In this document: piece by piece, positions 1 to 12,707 of the stretch
Numbering within the stretch: position 1 is the stretch's first letter
Layout of the letters: every line of letters starts with the position of its first letter
Assembly: GCA_964016885.1 (NCBI GenBank)
Contig: OZ024740.1
Span: 141,484,001-141,548,000 of the forward strand
Reading direction: 5' to 3'
Source: Eledone cirrhosa
Lineage: Eukaryota
DNA length: 64,000 bases
The notes under the pieces: generated by a model
What the model saw: only the letters and a program-made list of their open reading frames with translations
What the model was told of the DNA's origin: nothing
Databases searched by the model: none
Made by a program: the position numbers and the translations under genes

Positions 1-1237
1 GGGCCAGGTGTTCTTTTGTCATTGTTACCTTACAGGGAGGGCTAGGTGCTCTTTTGTCATGGCACTGACATGAACACCTGACATGGAGGGCTGAAAGCTT
101 TTTTTTGTGTCACCAGCATGACCACCTTACAGGGAGGGCTAGGTGCTCTTTTGTCATGGCACTGACATGAACACCTTACATGGAGGGCTGGAGGCTATTT
201 TTTGTGTCACCAGCATGACCACCTTACAGGGTGGACTGAGAGCTATTATCCATAGTCATTTCATTCACATAATGGGAGCGTATGTTCATTTTTCCAAGCT
301 TGATAATCATGAGAGGTGCCACAGACATTGAAAGTAGGTGCGGAGGGTGTAGAGTGGAGTGTTAAGGCGAGGAAAGTGTATGGAAGAGGGAGAAGTAGTA
401 CATACTAGAAACCACTAGATGTTGCTTCATCCTGTGCACTTGGGAAGGCAAGTCTTCTGCAGTACTGTATGAGGTGAAGAGAAGTGGTGCTTACTAGAGG
501 CCACTAGATATTGTTTCATCCCATGCACATGGGAAAGTGGGTCTTCTCCAGTACTGCATAATGCCAGAGATCTCAATCCCTTGTCATCACCATTGACAGG
601 TTGAAATTGTATGAAATTAGCTTTTACCACCTCATTCCAAACTTTCCTAGGTCTTCCTCTTCTATAGCTTTTATCAACTTTGAGTGTTGTGCACGTTTTT
701 ATACAATTGTCATTCTTCATATGCATCATATATCCATACCACCACAATCTTCTTATGTGCATCTGAAACATAATGTCTATATTCTCCACTAGCTTGCCTG
801 CAATCCCACTACATCTCTTGCACATCTATAAATTACACTGTGTGATCATTATGGAATTTATGCCCACTCCCTTTTGACACACCAAGCAACTTTACTTCTC
901 TGGCAGTAATTCTTTTCTGTTCTCTTTTCTTCTTAAGAATTTAGTCTACTAAGTGAACTTTTATGTATTTCAATCCTAGGTTTTTCTTCCAAGCCTGGAA
1001 TTTTGCTTCTGTCTCTTCCATGGATTCCGCTATAAATGAGCATCAGCATGACTGTTTTAATCTCTTCTGTAATGGCCTAAAGGACATTGATAAACAAGGA
1101 ATGGGCTACGACTGGGCCCTGGTGGGTCACCAACATACACTTCAAATTCATCACTATACTCCTCACCAACCTTTATCCTGCAGGTTGCACCTCTATACAT
1201 AGCTTATATAGCTCTTATGAGGCATTCATTTACACTT
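1..1237 (-). mobile_element. Decayed RTE-clade LINE: partial RT, C-terminus and long 3' UTR with tandem repeats
   Basis: ORF 427..825(-) reads RRLWWYGYMMHM...RRGRPRKVWNEVVKAN, matching the other RTE copies here. RT remnants extend to about 1237 and the 3' UTR repeats lie at 1-250. Confidence 0.8.
27..240. repeat. Tandem repeat of about 97 bp built from two related 45-50 bp subunits
   Basis: accttacagggagggctaggtgctcttttgtcatggcactgacatgaacacc recurs near 27 and 124. Confidence 0.8.
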
Positions 1238-1289
1238 AACCTTTTTAGCACCTATCAGATTACTGAGTGGGGTTAGCGTTAGAGTTATC

Positions 1290-2610
1290 CCTAACTCCAG
1301 CTGCTGTGATCAGCTTATCGAGTTCCTTGAAAACATTACCTGGATCACTGACAGCGGCTCATGGGTGGATGTTGTTTACCTTGACTTCGCTAAGGCTTTT
1401 AACTCTGTGCCACACAAAAGACTTATGGCGAAACTCTCTGCAATGGGTGTGAAGGATGATCTTTTTAACTGGTTGAAATCCTTCATTCTCAGCCGAAAAG
1501 AGGTAGTCACGGTTCTAGGACAGCATTCTTCACCATATGAGATGTTATCTGGTGTACCACAGGGATCTGTTCTTGGTCCCCTTTTGTTTGTTGCATACAT
1601 TAATGACATAGATGCCAACTTAAAGAATGCCACAGTACTGAAATATGCAGATCACATCAAGTTGTACCTTGAAATCAAAAGGACATATCCTGAAACTCTT
1701 TCATACAATCTGACCTGGACACAATGCAGCAATGGATCACAGACTGGCAACTGAAGCTGGCTGTGGACAAAGTGTACCACCATGCATTTTGGGAGGAAAC
1801 ATCCAGCGTCTACATACTCCCTCCACAACACTGATATCAAGAAGTCCTCTTGTGAACGTGACCTGGGCATTACTGTCAGCAGTGATTTGCATTGGACAAA
1901 GCACATCTCTAAAATTGTTAAGAAGGCCGAATGTGTCTTGGCATCATTCAGCAAGACCTTTGTTAGCAGCTCACCAGCCATCTATTTAAAGCTGTATACA
2001 GCTATGGTATGGCCACACTTGGAATTTGCATCACCAGTCTGGAATCCCTATCTTGCTCAGAACAGTGACCTCCTGGAAACTGTTCAGAGACGTGTAACCA
2101 AGCGCATACCCTCCATCAGACACCTACCATACTCTGAACGCCTTGCTTCCCTGAGCATGGATTCATTGATGCTCCGATGTCTGGCAATGGACTTGGTAAA
2201 CACCCACAAAGTTATTCACCATCTCGCCAACAACAACCCTGAGCACCTTTTTTGATCTCCATGTGTCTACACGTGGACATGCCTACAAAATCAGAAAACA
2301 GCACAGCTCCCATGACTTTTGGAAACATTTTTTCACGCTTAGAGTTGCTGAAACATGGAACAAACTGCCTGCGTCAGTTGTTAGCTGTCGAGACACTGCA
2401 TCCTTTAAAACCCTTATGCTTCCCGAAATTCGCCAAAACTACACCTGATGTCCCCCTTCCATACACATGCACACATGTGTATATCATGACTCATGCACTG
2501 TTCATTCTCCTGACGTTTGTACATTACCCTATGTACTATACATACACTTTTGATGAGTTGTAGTGCACCTGAGCACTGTACTCAATATTTTCATTATAGT
2601 TATTATAGAA
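1290..2610 (+). mobile_element. 5'-truncated CR1/L2-group LINE (RT, C-terminus, 3' UTR), frameshifted
   Basis: VDVVYLDFAKAFNSVPH...GVPQGSVLGPLLF..YIND...KYAD, then C-terminal TRGHAYKIRK...FFTLRVAETWNKLP. Ends in ttattatag repeats. Confidence 0.92.
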
Positions 2611-2829
2611 AGCATTAGATTTAAATTATAAACATTTCATTATATTTTTTGACATAAGTAATAGACAGTGCCGTATTACTTTTTCTAACAATTAATATCA
2701 TCATCATCATCATCATCATCATTTTACGTCAGCTTTTCCCTGCTTGCATGTACACTACCATAGACATTTATATCTACATATACATATTAGCAGGAAAGCA
2801 TAGTAGCTAGAATAAGGATAGTTTAGCTA

Positions 2830-3323
2830 TTCCCTCTACGAATGAAAGGATGGCTGTACGATGCCTGTGTGTGAAATGTAATGTTGCATGGTAAAGTAAC
2901 ATGGGCAGTGAATGCAGAGGATATGTGTAGGCTGGAGAGAAATGAAGCAAGTATGCTTCCATGAATGTGCAATGTTAGTGTGAGAGAAAGGCAGAGCCTG
3001 GATGAACTGAGAGAAAAACTAGGTATAAGAAGACCAGAAGTAATTTGCAAGAGAGAAGATTGCGTTGGTATGGACATGTGATGCACATGGATGATGATTA
3101 CTAGGTGATGAAGTGCCAGGTAATCAGAGTAAAAGGAAACTACAGCAGATGAAGACCAAGGAAGATCTGGGAGGAAGTGGTGAGAGCTGATCTGAAATTG
3201 TTGAAATGCACAGAGGAGATGATGAGGGAACGAGAGGAGTGGAAAGATGGGGTGTTGAAAAGGACCTATCCAACCCATGCAAGTATGGAGAATGGATGTA
3301 AAAGGGATGATGATGACGATGAT
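2830..3323 (+). mobile_element. RTE LINE 3' fragment
   Basis: Homologous to 16740-17248. Ends acccatgcaagtatggag...(gat)n. Confidence 0.85.
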
Positions 3324-4084
3324 ATGAGTATGTTTGTGTGTGTCTATGTTTACGTCTGTGTCTGATGTTCTGTAACCATATTTCAATGAAAAAAAATAAG
3401 AACCAGACATAAAAATAAACGTGCTGGCGCCAGTAAAATTGACTAAATGAAAGCAGTGCTCCTGCATGGTCATAGTCCAGTGCTGGATTAACCTAGTTGT
3501 AAAAAGAGCATTTGTTATGGACACCCTGCATTTTCAGGGACCCAATTCTATTTACTTTATACTATAGTACTATACTGCCTTTAACATTTATCTCATTTCA
3601 AAATAAAATTAAGGGCATCTTTAAAGTATATGGTACAGGCTTCACACTAATCTAATCTGGTACAGTTTCAGTCTAATGTTTGAAACCAGTAAAAGAATAA
3701 TAGAAGACCTGTTGTATGAGAGAGAGAGAGTGAGAGAACTCTATGGCAGCTTTAGCAGTGTTGGTACCACTATTGCAGAAGATGATGAAGAAAGTACGAG
3801 ATGGCAGCTAGCCTTGTTGCTTGGAGACCTTGTGTGAAATCTATTTCATTGTTGTCTTCTAAGTCCATCCCATCCATTCCAACTCCGACACCATCTCACC
3901 CCTATATACTTCAGCTTTATCATCCATTTTGAAAGAGAGAAAAACAACAACTACAAAAATGACAATAATAACAACATAAAAAAAAACAAAAAACGATTAC
4001 GTGCACTTTGTAGTTGTTTCCCATTTTAGCCCTGTAATAACAGCGCCATTTCTAAATGGAACATCTTTCTTTTGTTTCTATTTT

Positions 4085-4410
4085 CATCAACATCATTATC
4101 ATCGTCATCACCAATACTTGTATCATCATCATCATCATCCTCATCATGGATATTATCAATACCATCCCCAATAGCATCATCATCATGGCTGTCATCAAGA
4201 TCATACTATTATCATCACTGTCATCATTATCATTAAATGATGATGTCATTATTGCTATCATTATCATCACTATAATCATCACTGTCATAATTATCATTGT
4301 TATTATCACCAGTCATTAATTCCATCACCACCATCATCACTACCACCACAAACACCAACATCATCATCATTAATACTATCAACATCGTCATCATAATTTC
4401 CATAATCATT
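4085..4410. repeat. Degenerate (ATC)n microsatellite
   Basis: Direct inspection. Confidence 0.9.
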
Positions 4411-4889
4411 TCCCTTTTTGAAAATATATTTTTGTTCAATGCATATGAGCATGTATGTGTGTGATTTCATATGAGTATGTGAAAATGTTGGCATGCACAA
4501 TATTGTATAAGTGTGTGTGTTTGGTTGTACTCATGCATGTAAATGTAAGGTGTGCGTGAGTAAATGTTAGTGTGCTCAATGTATGTACGTGTGTGTGTGT
4601 GTGTGTTTTCATCATCATCTAGGTATAGTCTGAAGAGAAAAGAGCCGATATTTCTATATTGGATGACAAGCTTTCTGTTACAGCATATACTTGATCAATC
4701 AGACTTCGGATGCTGAATGCATGTGCATGTATCAGCATGTGTGTAAATATATATCAATATAATATATATATATAATATTGATGTGTATATGAGATCACTA
4801 ATCATTGGGAGATGTAGAGTGGGTACAGAGACAAATAAAATCCCGACCGTGGCACCGTGGTTGGGATTTTACATCTCTCTCTCTATATA

Positions 4890-6354
4890 TAGTCACCAAG
4901 ATGCTAATAGCATCCGGAGAAGTAGGAGCTGAACAAGTAACCCGTAAAGTCAATAAGGTAATACAGGATGGAGTCAGCCTAATGGCTAGTGCAGCAGTAC
5001 AATCATAAATTGCTACAAGGGTAAAGGTGATGCTCTAGAAAGGAGCAACAGTAGAGGAATAAAAGTAATGGACCAGGTTTTGAAAGAGACGGAAAGAGAT
5101 CCAGCATAGCTAATTAGGGAAAAAGTCAAATTAGACGTGATGCAGTTCAGTTTTATGCCTGCGAAAAGTACAACAGATGCCCTCTAATTAGTGAGAAAAC
5201 TACTAGAAGTTTCTAGCCAAGAATAAGCTGCTATATTTAGCTTTTGTTATCTAGAAAAGGCCTTTGAGGGAGTACCTCAATCTGTTACCTGTAGAGTAGG
5301 AAGTGAGTTTAGTGAGGAATTCAAGGTAGAGGTAGGAGTTCATCAGTGTTTGGTTTTCAGCCCACTGTTGTTCCTTATACTTCTCCAGGCCATAACAGCA
5401 GTTTAAGACTGACTGTCAATGTGAACTTCTCTATGCAGATGATCCACAAAAGAACTAGAGAATAACTTCCGACTATAGAAACGGAATTTACAATCAAAAG
5501 TGTTTGTAAGCAGGACAGGAGCTAGGACCCTGATTCTAACAGGGAAACGACCCTGCTTGATATGCAGAAAAGGAGTAGACAGAAACTCTATACACAATGC
5601 AAATCTTGGGTGTATAAGAGATCTAGTGGGATAGCAGGCAGACTAACAGGAAAGGAAGTTTTCATATGTACTAGATGCACAGGGGTAATTGATGGGAAGA
5701 GCATCAGTGATATAAACCTTTTCCAATCACATGAAGGATTCATAGAAGTGGTTGATAGCTTCTGCTACCAAGGTGACCTAATTAACAGCAGATGATAGTG
5801 CTCCGAGAGCACAATGGCTAGAATAAATTTAGGATGGAAGATGCTTAGAGAGCCACTCCCACTGTTGACAAAAAAAAGGTTTCTATCTATGTACAAAAGG
5901 ATGGCTGTATGATGCCTGTGTGTGAAGTGTGATGCTGCATGGTAGTGAAACATGAGTAGTGACCGCAGAGGATGTGCTTAGGCTGTAAAGAAATGAAGCA
6001 ACCATGTTTTGTTGGATGTGCAATGTAAATGTGAGAGAATGGCAGGGCTTGGATGAAATTGGATTTAAGAGGAATCAGAAGTAGTGTGCAAGAGAGAAAA
6101 CTGCATTGGCATGGGCATGTGATGTGCATGGATGATGATCGCTTGGTGAAGAAGTGCCAGGAAATCCTAGTGGAAGGAAGCTGCAGTAGAAGTAGACCAA
6201 ATAAGACCTGGATGGAAGTGATGAGAGCTAATTTCAAATTGCTGAACTCACAGAGGAGATGATGAAGGAACGAGATGAGTAGAAAGATGCTGTGCTGAAA
6301 ATGACCCATCCAACCTGTGCAAGTGTGGATATAAAAATGATGATGATGATGATG
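4890..6354 (+). mobile_element. Decayed RTE LINE (RT, PHD-like region, 3' end)
   Basis: LEKAF-type RT remnants, CKSWVYKRSSGI...CTRC, ERKLHWHGHV...SRPNKTW and a (gat)n tail. Confidence 0.88.
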
Positions 6355-6545
6355 ATATATATATGTATATATCACCCCATTAAATGGTGATGTTGATGCT
6401 ATATATATATATGCAAAAGTTATATTTAATTTGTTGGGATTCAACAAGCTTAAAAGTTTTATAACTGATATGAAGCACTCAACAGATTACTGGAGTAAAT
6501 ATTCAATATATTAATAAATGGAAACTATATTTATAAAACCATAAT

Positions 6546-6615
6546 TATTTTATTATATATATATATTTCAAGGGCAACCAAGGAAAATTTTGGTGCGCTT
6601 TCATCAGATAAAATA
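6546..6615 (-). ncRNA. Type-I hammerhead ribozyme fold (PLE type)
   Basis: Minus strand reads UAUUUUAU-CUGAUGA-AAGCGCACCAA/UUGGUUGCCCUU-GAAA-(UA)5-UA-AUAAAAUA. Stem I is a perfect 8 bp. Confidence 0.8.
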
Positions 6616-6779
6616 CAAAATTTGTTTTATAAATGTTGACATACTCGTAGAAAAACAACCTTCAACCGTCAAGGTTGTTTTTCTACGGGTATGTCAACAT
6701 TTATAAAACAAATTTTGTATTTTATCTGATGAAAGCGCACCAAAATTTGCCTTGGTTGCCCTTGAAATATATATATATA
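6554..6779. repeat. Near-perfect 226-bp palindrome bounded by (TA)n
   Basis: Arms of about 109 bp around a loop near 6663-6670, with few mismatches. Confidence 0.95.
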
Positions 6780-7044
6780 TACCGCTATGTCCGGGTCAGT
6801 ATAAAATCTTTTCCTGGGTCCTGTATTTTTGTTGCTCTAGTGATGCGGCTGGACTGCCGACCGCTATATCTGATTTACTAAGCTGTCTGAACGTAATGTT
6901 ATTACTCTGGGGTCTTTCCTCATCTGAGTGCTCAAGCTACAGACCGATTATGCATATATGCTAGCTTGGCCGTATTCTAAAGCTTCGTCAATGCTGTACT
7001 AAAATTTATAGAAATGAGATGATAGGGACTGGGGTCCATATCAT

Positions 7045-7212
7045 TCCACTGCAAAGTGGTTGTGGAGGTGCCACGGCAAAAAAGCACCCAGCACTCACTG
7101 TAAATGAGGTTGGTGTTAGGAAGGGCATCCAGCTGTAGAAATCAGGCCAGAATCAGTTCCCGTCCCACCCTTGCAAGCAGGGAAAAAGCGGACGTAAAAT
7201 GAAATGATAATG
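7045..7212 (+). mobile_element. SINE/non-autonomous repeat with RTE-like 3' tail
   Basis: ggttggtgttaggaagggcatccagctgtagaaa...cccgtcccacccttgcaagcaggg...ggacgtaaaatga. The tail matches the RTE end near 17190-17230. Confidence 0.75.
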
Positions 7213-7669
7213 TAGAAAATGAAAAAAATGATATGTGTATGTATGTATATATAATGTGTGTGTGTGTGTATAGGTCACTGATCAAGATAATACTTAAGAT
7301 GACAGAGACCATCATGATGAGGAATAACCCTGTATAAAGATTTAATATCTAAAGTAAATAGAAGAAAGGAAGAGCTAGGAGAAAAGCAGAAAGAATTAAA
7401 GAGGTAGAGAGTGGTTGGTATCATAGATGTGGGAGGGCAGGGTGATGACTAAGGGTAGAAGGATCCTATCAAGGTATTTGGAAATGAGTGATGATAGGGC
7501 AGCTAGAGTGGTAAGTTTATGGATTTGGGAGAGTAAATATATCAGGAGGGTGTGTATGGGTGGTGGTGCACATAATAAGGTTGGTGGTAGTAAAAGGGAG
7601 AGAGGAGGAGAAAACCTACTTATGTATAGAAGTAGATCTCTAACATTTGTAGGTGGGAGTAAAACAAAG

Positions 7670-8040
7670 GGTTATTGAGTTGTCCAATAGCTTCTTCTCT
7701 ATAAAGGTCAGTTTGTCATATGGACACCATGCTACTTTTATGAGCCAGTTTGATCATAATGTCATCATAATCCACATAGTTGGCAGAGTGCAGGGAATTC
7801 CACTCTGGAAATGTTGACATAGCAACAGCACTTTTGGAAGTCAAAGTAATTGGCCATGAGGTGGCATAGATTGGTAACAGCATCAAGAATTGTGAGTTGT
7901 CTTGGGTCCGGTACCCAATGAGATGGTTTGCAGAATAGATTGGAGAAGCTATCTGAGTTGTTAGAATTGGTTAAACATTCATGAAAGAAAGTGTGCAATT
8001 CGGTCCATCATAGGAATTCGTTAATCTCCATGTGAATGTG
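7670..8040 (-). mobile_element. Decayed Penelope-like element fragment (region N-terminal to RT)
   Basis: Reads EINEFL*WTELHTFF...KPSHWVPDP and IKLAHKSSMVSI*QTDLYREEAIGQL, resembling the PLE motif IKPADKGGAVVV..DLY..EA.RQL. Confidence 0.6.
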
Positions 8041-8949
8041 GTACTTATCAGCACAAGCAGTGAGGGAGGGGGGTATGAAATGGGGCTGGAGGGAGGAGGA
8101 GTGGAAAAAGTGAGTGAGGTTAGAGTGAAGTTTGGATGGAATTGAAACAAGCGGTGATTGAGCTGATGGATGAAGTGGGTTATGGTGTAGGTATGAGGCA
8201 AGGAGTAGATGAACAACAGTATGAGATGAGTGTTGTGAAAAGATTGATGAAGACTATGGGTAGAGTGGAGAGTAAATCTAATGAGACGATGGGAGGACTG
8301 GATGAGTAAGGTCTTGGTAGAGGTTGCATGAGGTAGGATGGAAATAGAGACAGAAGACTTTGGGGATGAGATTGTGTTGTAAACACATACATACATATAT
8401 GATGTATTCATGATTCAGAAGCCTGAACGAACACTAATCATGTTTAAGTGCAGAGATAGATATAAAAATGCAAAACATCTTGACAGAGGGCCTTCTCTGT
8501 TTTGGCAACCTAAGAGGATTTCTAGATTCAGATTAACGAGTCCAGGATCAGATTGAATTAGCCTCATCAGGGGTAATAACTAGTATTTCACTTTATTAAC
8601 AGCAGTAAAATATAATCAAAATATCTGGTAAAGTTAGTAGAGTCTCAGGTGAGGGGAACATGAAAATTTAAATTGGGACATGAAAATTTAGGAAAGACGG
8701 GTAGAAAAATGTAAGCTAAAGTGTAACATGGAAACGTAGGATGGGAGTAGAAAGAAGGGGATGAAATGGTAACAAGGAGAGAAGTTAGCAAACTGGGGCA
8801 ATTAGCATTATTCATTGGGTAGTGACCTCCAAGAAGTTGCCACAATATTTAACCAAGGACAGTTTGGCTACCAATTTAGAAATGGGAGTCAGGTTCTCAC
8901 CTACATACATATATATCACTCATCTGCTAATTGGTTGGACCACTGTCAG

Positions 8950-9215
8950 AACTGACAATGAGTCTATCAGTTGTTAGGCCAATGGTGCAGCTTGCTTGTG
9001 ATAGTAACATGTGTGTACCCTTAACATATAATTTTCAGGGAGATACAGCATGATACAGTGTGTGACAAGCCGGCTATTTGAATTACAGGTACAACTCCTA
9101 TTTGCCAACTAACAGAAATAAAGTTACTTGCTCAAGAGTACAACATGCTGCTTGGAATCAAACTCATGAACTTACAATTGTGAGCCAAATACTGTAACTA
9201 CCATGCCAGGCAACT
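8950..9215 (-). mobile_element. tRNA-derived SINE (family B)
   Basis: Homologous to 57120-57350 (gtgtacccttaac...cagggaga...tgtgacaag...gaattacaggtacaac). Confidence 0.75.
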
Positions 9216-9220
9216 TAAAT

Positions 9221-9400
9221 AATTGTTTCTACTTTTGGCACAAGGCCAGCAATTATCCCAGTGTATTACTGGTACTTTATTTTATCGACCTCGTAAGGAT
9301 GAAAGGCAAAGTTAACCTCAGCGGGATTTGAACTCAGAATGGCAAGGGCCGTAACTCTATGTGTCAAAGCATGGCGTCTGACCCTCTACCGATACGGCCA
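9221..9400 (-). mobile_element. tRNA-derived SINE (family A)
   Basis: Reverse complement of ctgagttcaaatcccgc...ttgcctttcatccttacg...gtcgataaaataaagtaccag. Confidence 0.9.
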
Positions 9401-9659
9401 AGGCAACTTAAATAATGACACATACACACATATACCGGGAAGTGGGAGCTGAAAATATACTGGCTTAAGGGTATCACAAAAAGGGGAGGTAGGACAACCA
9501 CAATAAGTGTGTGAATTTGAGAGGGGAATATGTTGAATAAAATCATAATTAACTGATCTGCCTGTATTTTCCTTTAACTGATCCTGCTGTATTTTCTTTT
9601 AGCCAAAGCCAGGAACTTTTCAGCACCCTGGGCTTGTCTAGTTCATATGTACCAAATTC

Positions 9660-9790
9660 CACTCTGGTGGCATTGGTGAATCTAAGGCCACAGTAGAAGA
9701 CACTTGCCCAAGGTTCCATGCAGCAGGACTGAACCCAGAATCATGTTGTTGCAGAGCGACTCCTTAAGCACACAGCCATGCCTACACTTA
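9660..9790 (-). mobile_element. tRNA-derived CORE-like SINE (family C)
   Basis: Reverse complement of ggttcagtcc...ccttgggcaagtgtcttctac. Related copies lie at 10385-10550, 18345-18460, 60860-60990 and 61820-61985. Confidence 0.7.
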
Positions 9791-10636
9791 TGTGTGTGTG
9801 TAAGAATTTTTCTTGCAGTTTTCTGGAACCAACTGAAACTTCATATTCAAGGCAACCCTACTCTGTACCCACATTAGTAAAGCTTTTGCTGCTGTTGCTT
9901 CTGCTGTCAAAAAATTAATCCATTAATTTGAGTATATTGTAGCAGATGCTTTCCATTTTCCCTGTATATTGTAGCAGATGCAATCCCCTTTCCCTGTTTT
10001 AGCACTTGACAAGGATACTGCAATATGAGTCATTGGAGATAACATCTTCCTGCTCAACCTGTTTAATTAAGAAATAATCAATACAGTACCTATATAGCCT
10101 GACAATGTCAACATCTTGGCAACTGCACCTGACGGACCTAAATTTCTCTCTGCCTTTGCATTTTCTTTCTTTTAACCTCACCTTAGCTATGGAATGGACC
10201 TTGGCTGGTTTCGATGATGAATGTTCTAGTTGTGTGATCAATGGAAAAACATGCTTGTGAAATTAACATTTAAGTAGTTGAGCATTCCACAGGCATATGT
10301 ACCCTTAATGTAATTCTCAGGGAGATGTAGCATGGCATCATGTGTGACAAGGCTGCCCTTTTGAATTACAAGTACAGTCCATTCTATGGGCTTCCAAACA
10401 GTTTTCATCTAACCCAATTGAACTCACAAAGTTTGGGTTGATCTGTGGCTACAGTAAATGACACTTGCCCAAAACGCCAAGAAATGAGATTGAACCTAAG
10501 ACCCAATGATTAAGAAGCAAACTCTTTAACCATTCAACCATGTTGCATCTACACCTGAGCTATACAGCTTGTCTGAAAGAGGAGTTAATTTAATTTGTTT
10601 TTTGGGTTACATAATTCTAAACATTTTCTTCATTAA

Positions 10637-11100
10637 CCCTACTGATATCAACACTCCCAAAACAGCTTCTATTTCTAAGAAGCTAAACCCCCTATCTTAA
10701 AGGGATCCGGTTTGAATTAAAATTCTTCAACATAATTTGATAAAAAGAAACTTTTGTTAAGTTATGTTACAAATAACATATTAAAATTGAAATAATTAAT
10801 AATCCTTCCAAATTCTTCATTAATTAAATGAAATACTGTGTATTTCATTAGAAATATGTTCATGAAAGAGTTAACCTTTTCATGACTGTATTTCTAATGA
10901 AATACTCTCCATTTTAATTAATTAATGAAGAATTTTGAGGGATTTACTAATATTATTATTTCAATACTACAACAGTAACTTAAAATATAATTCTTATATA
11001 GCGTTATGTTGGAAGATTTTAATTTAAATAAGGTCCCTTTAAAATAGGTGGTTGTTTCCTAGAAACAGAAGCTGTTTTAGGTGTGTTGGTATCAAAATAA
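10637..11100. mobile_element. Two piggyBac-type MITE copies in inverted orientation sharing one TTAA
   Basis: TTAA|ccctactgatatc...catgaaagag|TTAA(10871-10874)|ccttttcatg...ggtatcaaa. Relatives lie at about 13335-13480 and 13580-13960. Confidence 0.7.
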
Positions 11101-11149
11101 TTAGAAAATAAACAAAATACTTTTAAACATTGTTTCTTTCTGTTGTCAT

Positions 11150-11270
11150 TGAAATTAGGCGGTAGACTTAATTTTGGGTAAATAGATTTAATTTTGGGTG
11201 GCTAGAATTAATCTTAGACAGGTAGTCATAATCTAAGGTGGGTAGTCAGAATCTTGGGTGGATAGTTTTA
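11150..11270. repeat. Degenerate minisatellite of about 20 bp (aatYttgggtgg.tag)
   Basis: Five to six imperfect units. Confidence 0.6.
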
Positions 11271-12069
11271 GTCTGTTATAGGGTTTAACAATCCCACTTG
11301 TCCCTCGCATGCCTTTAGAGGAGTCCATTCTGTTGCATACATTGGGACTTGATCTTCAGTTTGACACTTTTCTCCCCATTTCCACTAGTCTCAAAGTTCC
11401 TGGGTATTGTTCTACCTTCCTTGACTAAAGAAACATGCAGAAAAAAATGAATGGGCTAATCTCCTTTCAGGCATTTTTCTAATCAATGACATCCTGGTTC
11501 ATATCAACACACCCAGAACTGGCGCTACTATTAAAGCTAACTAGGAGGATGTTTTGAGTACAGACCTCAGAGACACAGTACTGAACCTTAAAGGAACAGC
11601 TTTATACAAATTTGTATCATTAAATTAAAAGTATTGTAATTTTCTGTGACCAATAAATCAATTGCTAGATATCCATGCTGTGTAATATCTAAAGTGGTTG
11701 AGAGGGTTGTTTGTTGCTATGATTGTAGTATGATTTGCTGTGCTTAGTAATTTTCTTTGTGTGGTCAGAGCAAGAAGTCTAAAAAAATAGGTTTGTCTCC
11801 TAGTCAAACTGAATTGAAATTATTTTATTTGGGAGAATGGGGTGTATATTGTAGGGTACTAAATACCCAGGTGTAAAAGACCGTAATTAAATGCTGGAAG
11901 CATTTTGTCTGATTTTCTATTGATTCTGCTAATCTATCACCCCTATTGCCCATGCTTGCTTTATTTATTTCCAGTTTTCCCTTCTAACTATTAATGATTA
12001 TACTGCTACATGATGGTGTCATTGGGTATGACACCATCATGTGTTATTTGATTGATATAAGTATATACA

Positions 12070-12685
12070 TATAAGTGAGAAATTAGGCATAAGAGGGATC
12101 AGATGCAGTATACTAGAGAGGAGATTGTGTTGGTTTGGTCACGTGGTGCATATGACAGATGACAACTATATAAAAAAGAGCAGGGCAATCAAAATTGACT
12201 GAAGCTACGGAGTAGGTAGACCCAAAAAGTCCTTGGATGAGGTGATAAAAGCTGACCTTGAACACTTGCACCTCTCTAAGACAATGACACAGGATCGAGA
12301 TCTTTGGCGCTATGCATTTATACAGAAGACCTGCCTTCCCTTGCGCACAAACTTAAACTTACACTCAGTAGGAACCTCTTACTCCAATATACACCCCCAC
12401 ACCTCCCTCTTCTGCCCACACCACCCTTACTCTGTAAAGTTATGTTGGTTCCACAAAACATCCAGCCCACACTATAAAGTGGTTGTGTAGGTGTCACAAC
12501 AAAAAGCACCCAGTCCACACTGTAAATGTGGTTGGTGTTAGGAAGGGCATCCAGCCGTAGAAAACCAGCCAGAAACAGTCCTATATGAGCAAGACACGGT
12601 CACCCGACCTAACTTGCCCCAAATGGGACAAACCCGTCTAACCCAAGCTAGCATGGAAAGTAGACGTTTAACGATGATGATGATA
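12070..12685 (+). mobile_element. RTE 3' end with long UTR and SINE-like tail
   Basis: GRPKKSLDEVIKADLEHL, then gtaaagtggttg repeats, ggaagggcatccagcc and (gat)n. Confidence 0.85.
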
Positions 12686-12707
12686 TGTTTATATTTCATT
12701 ATATTAT

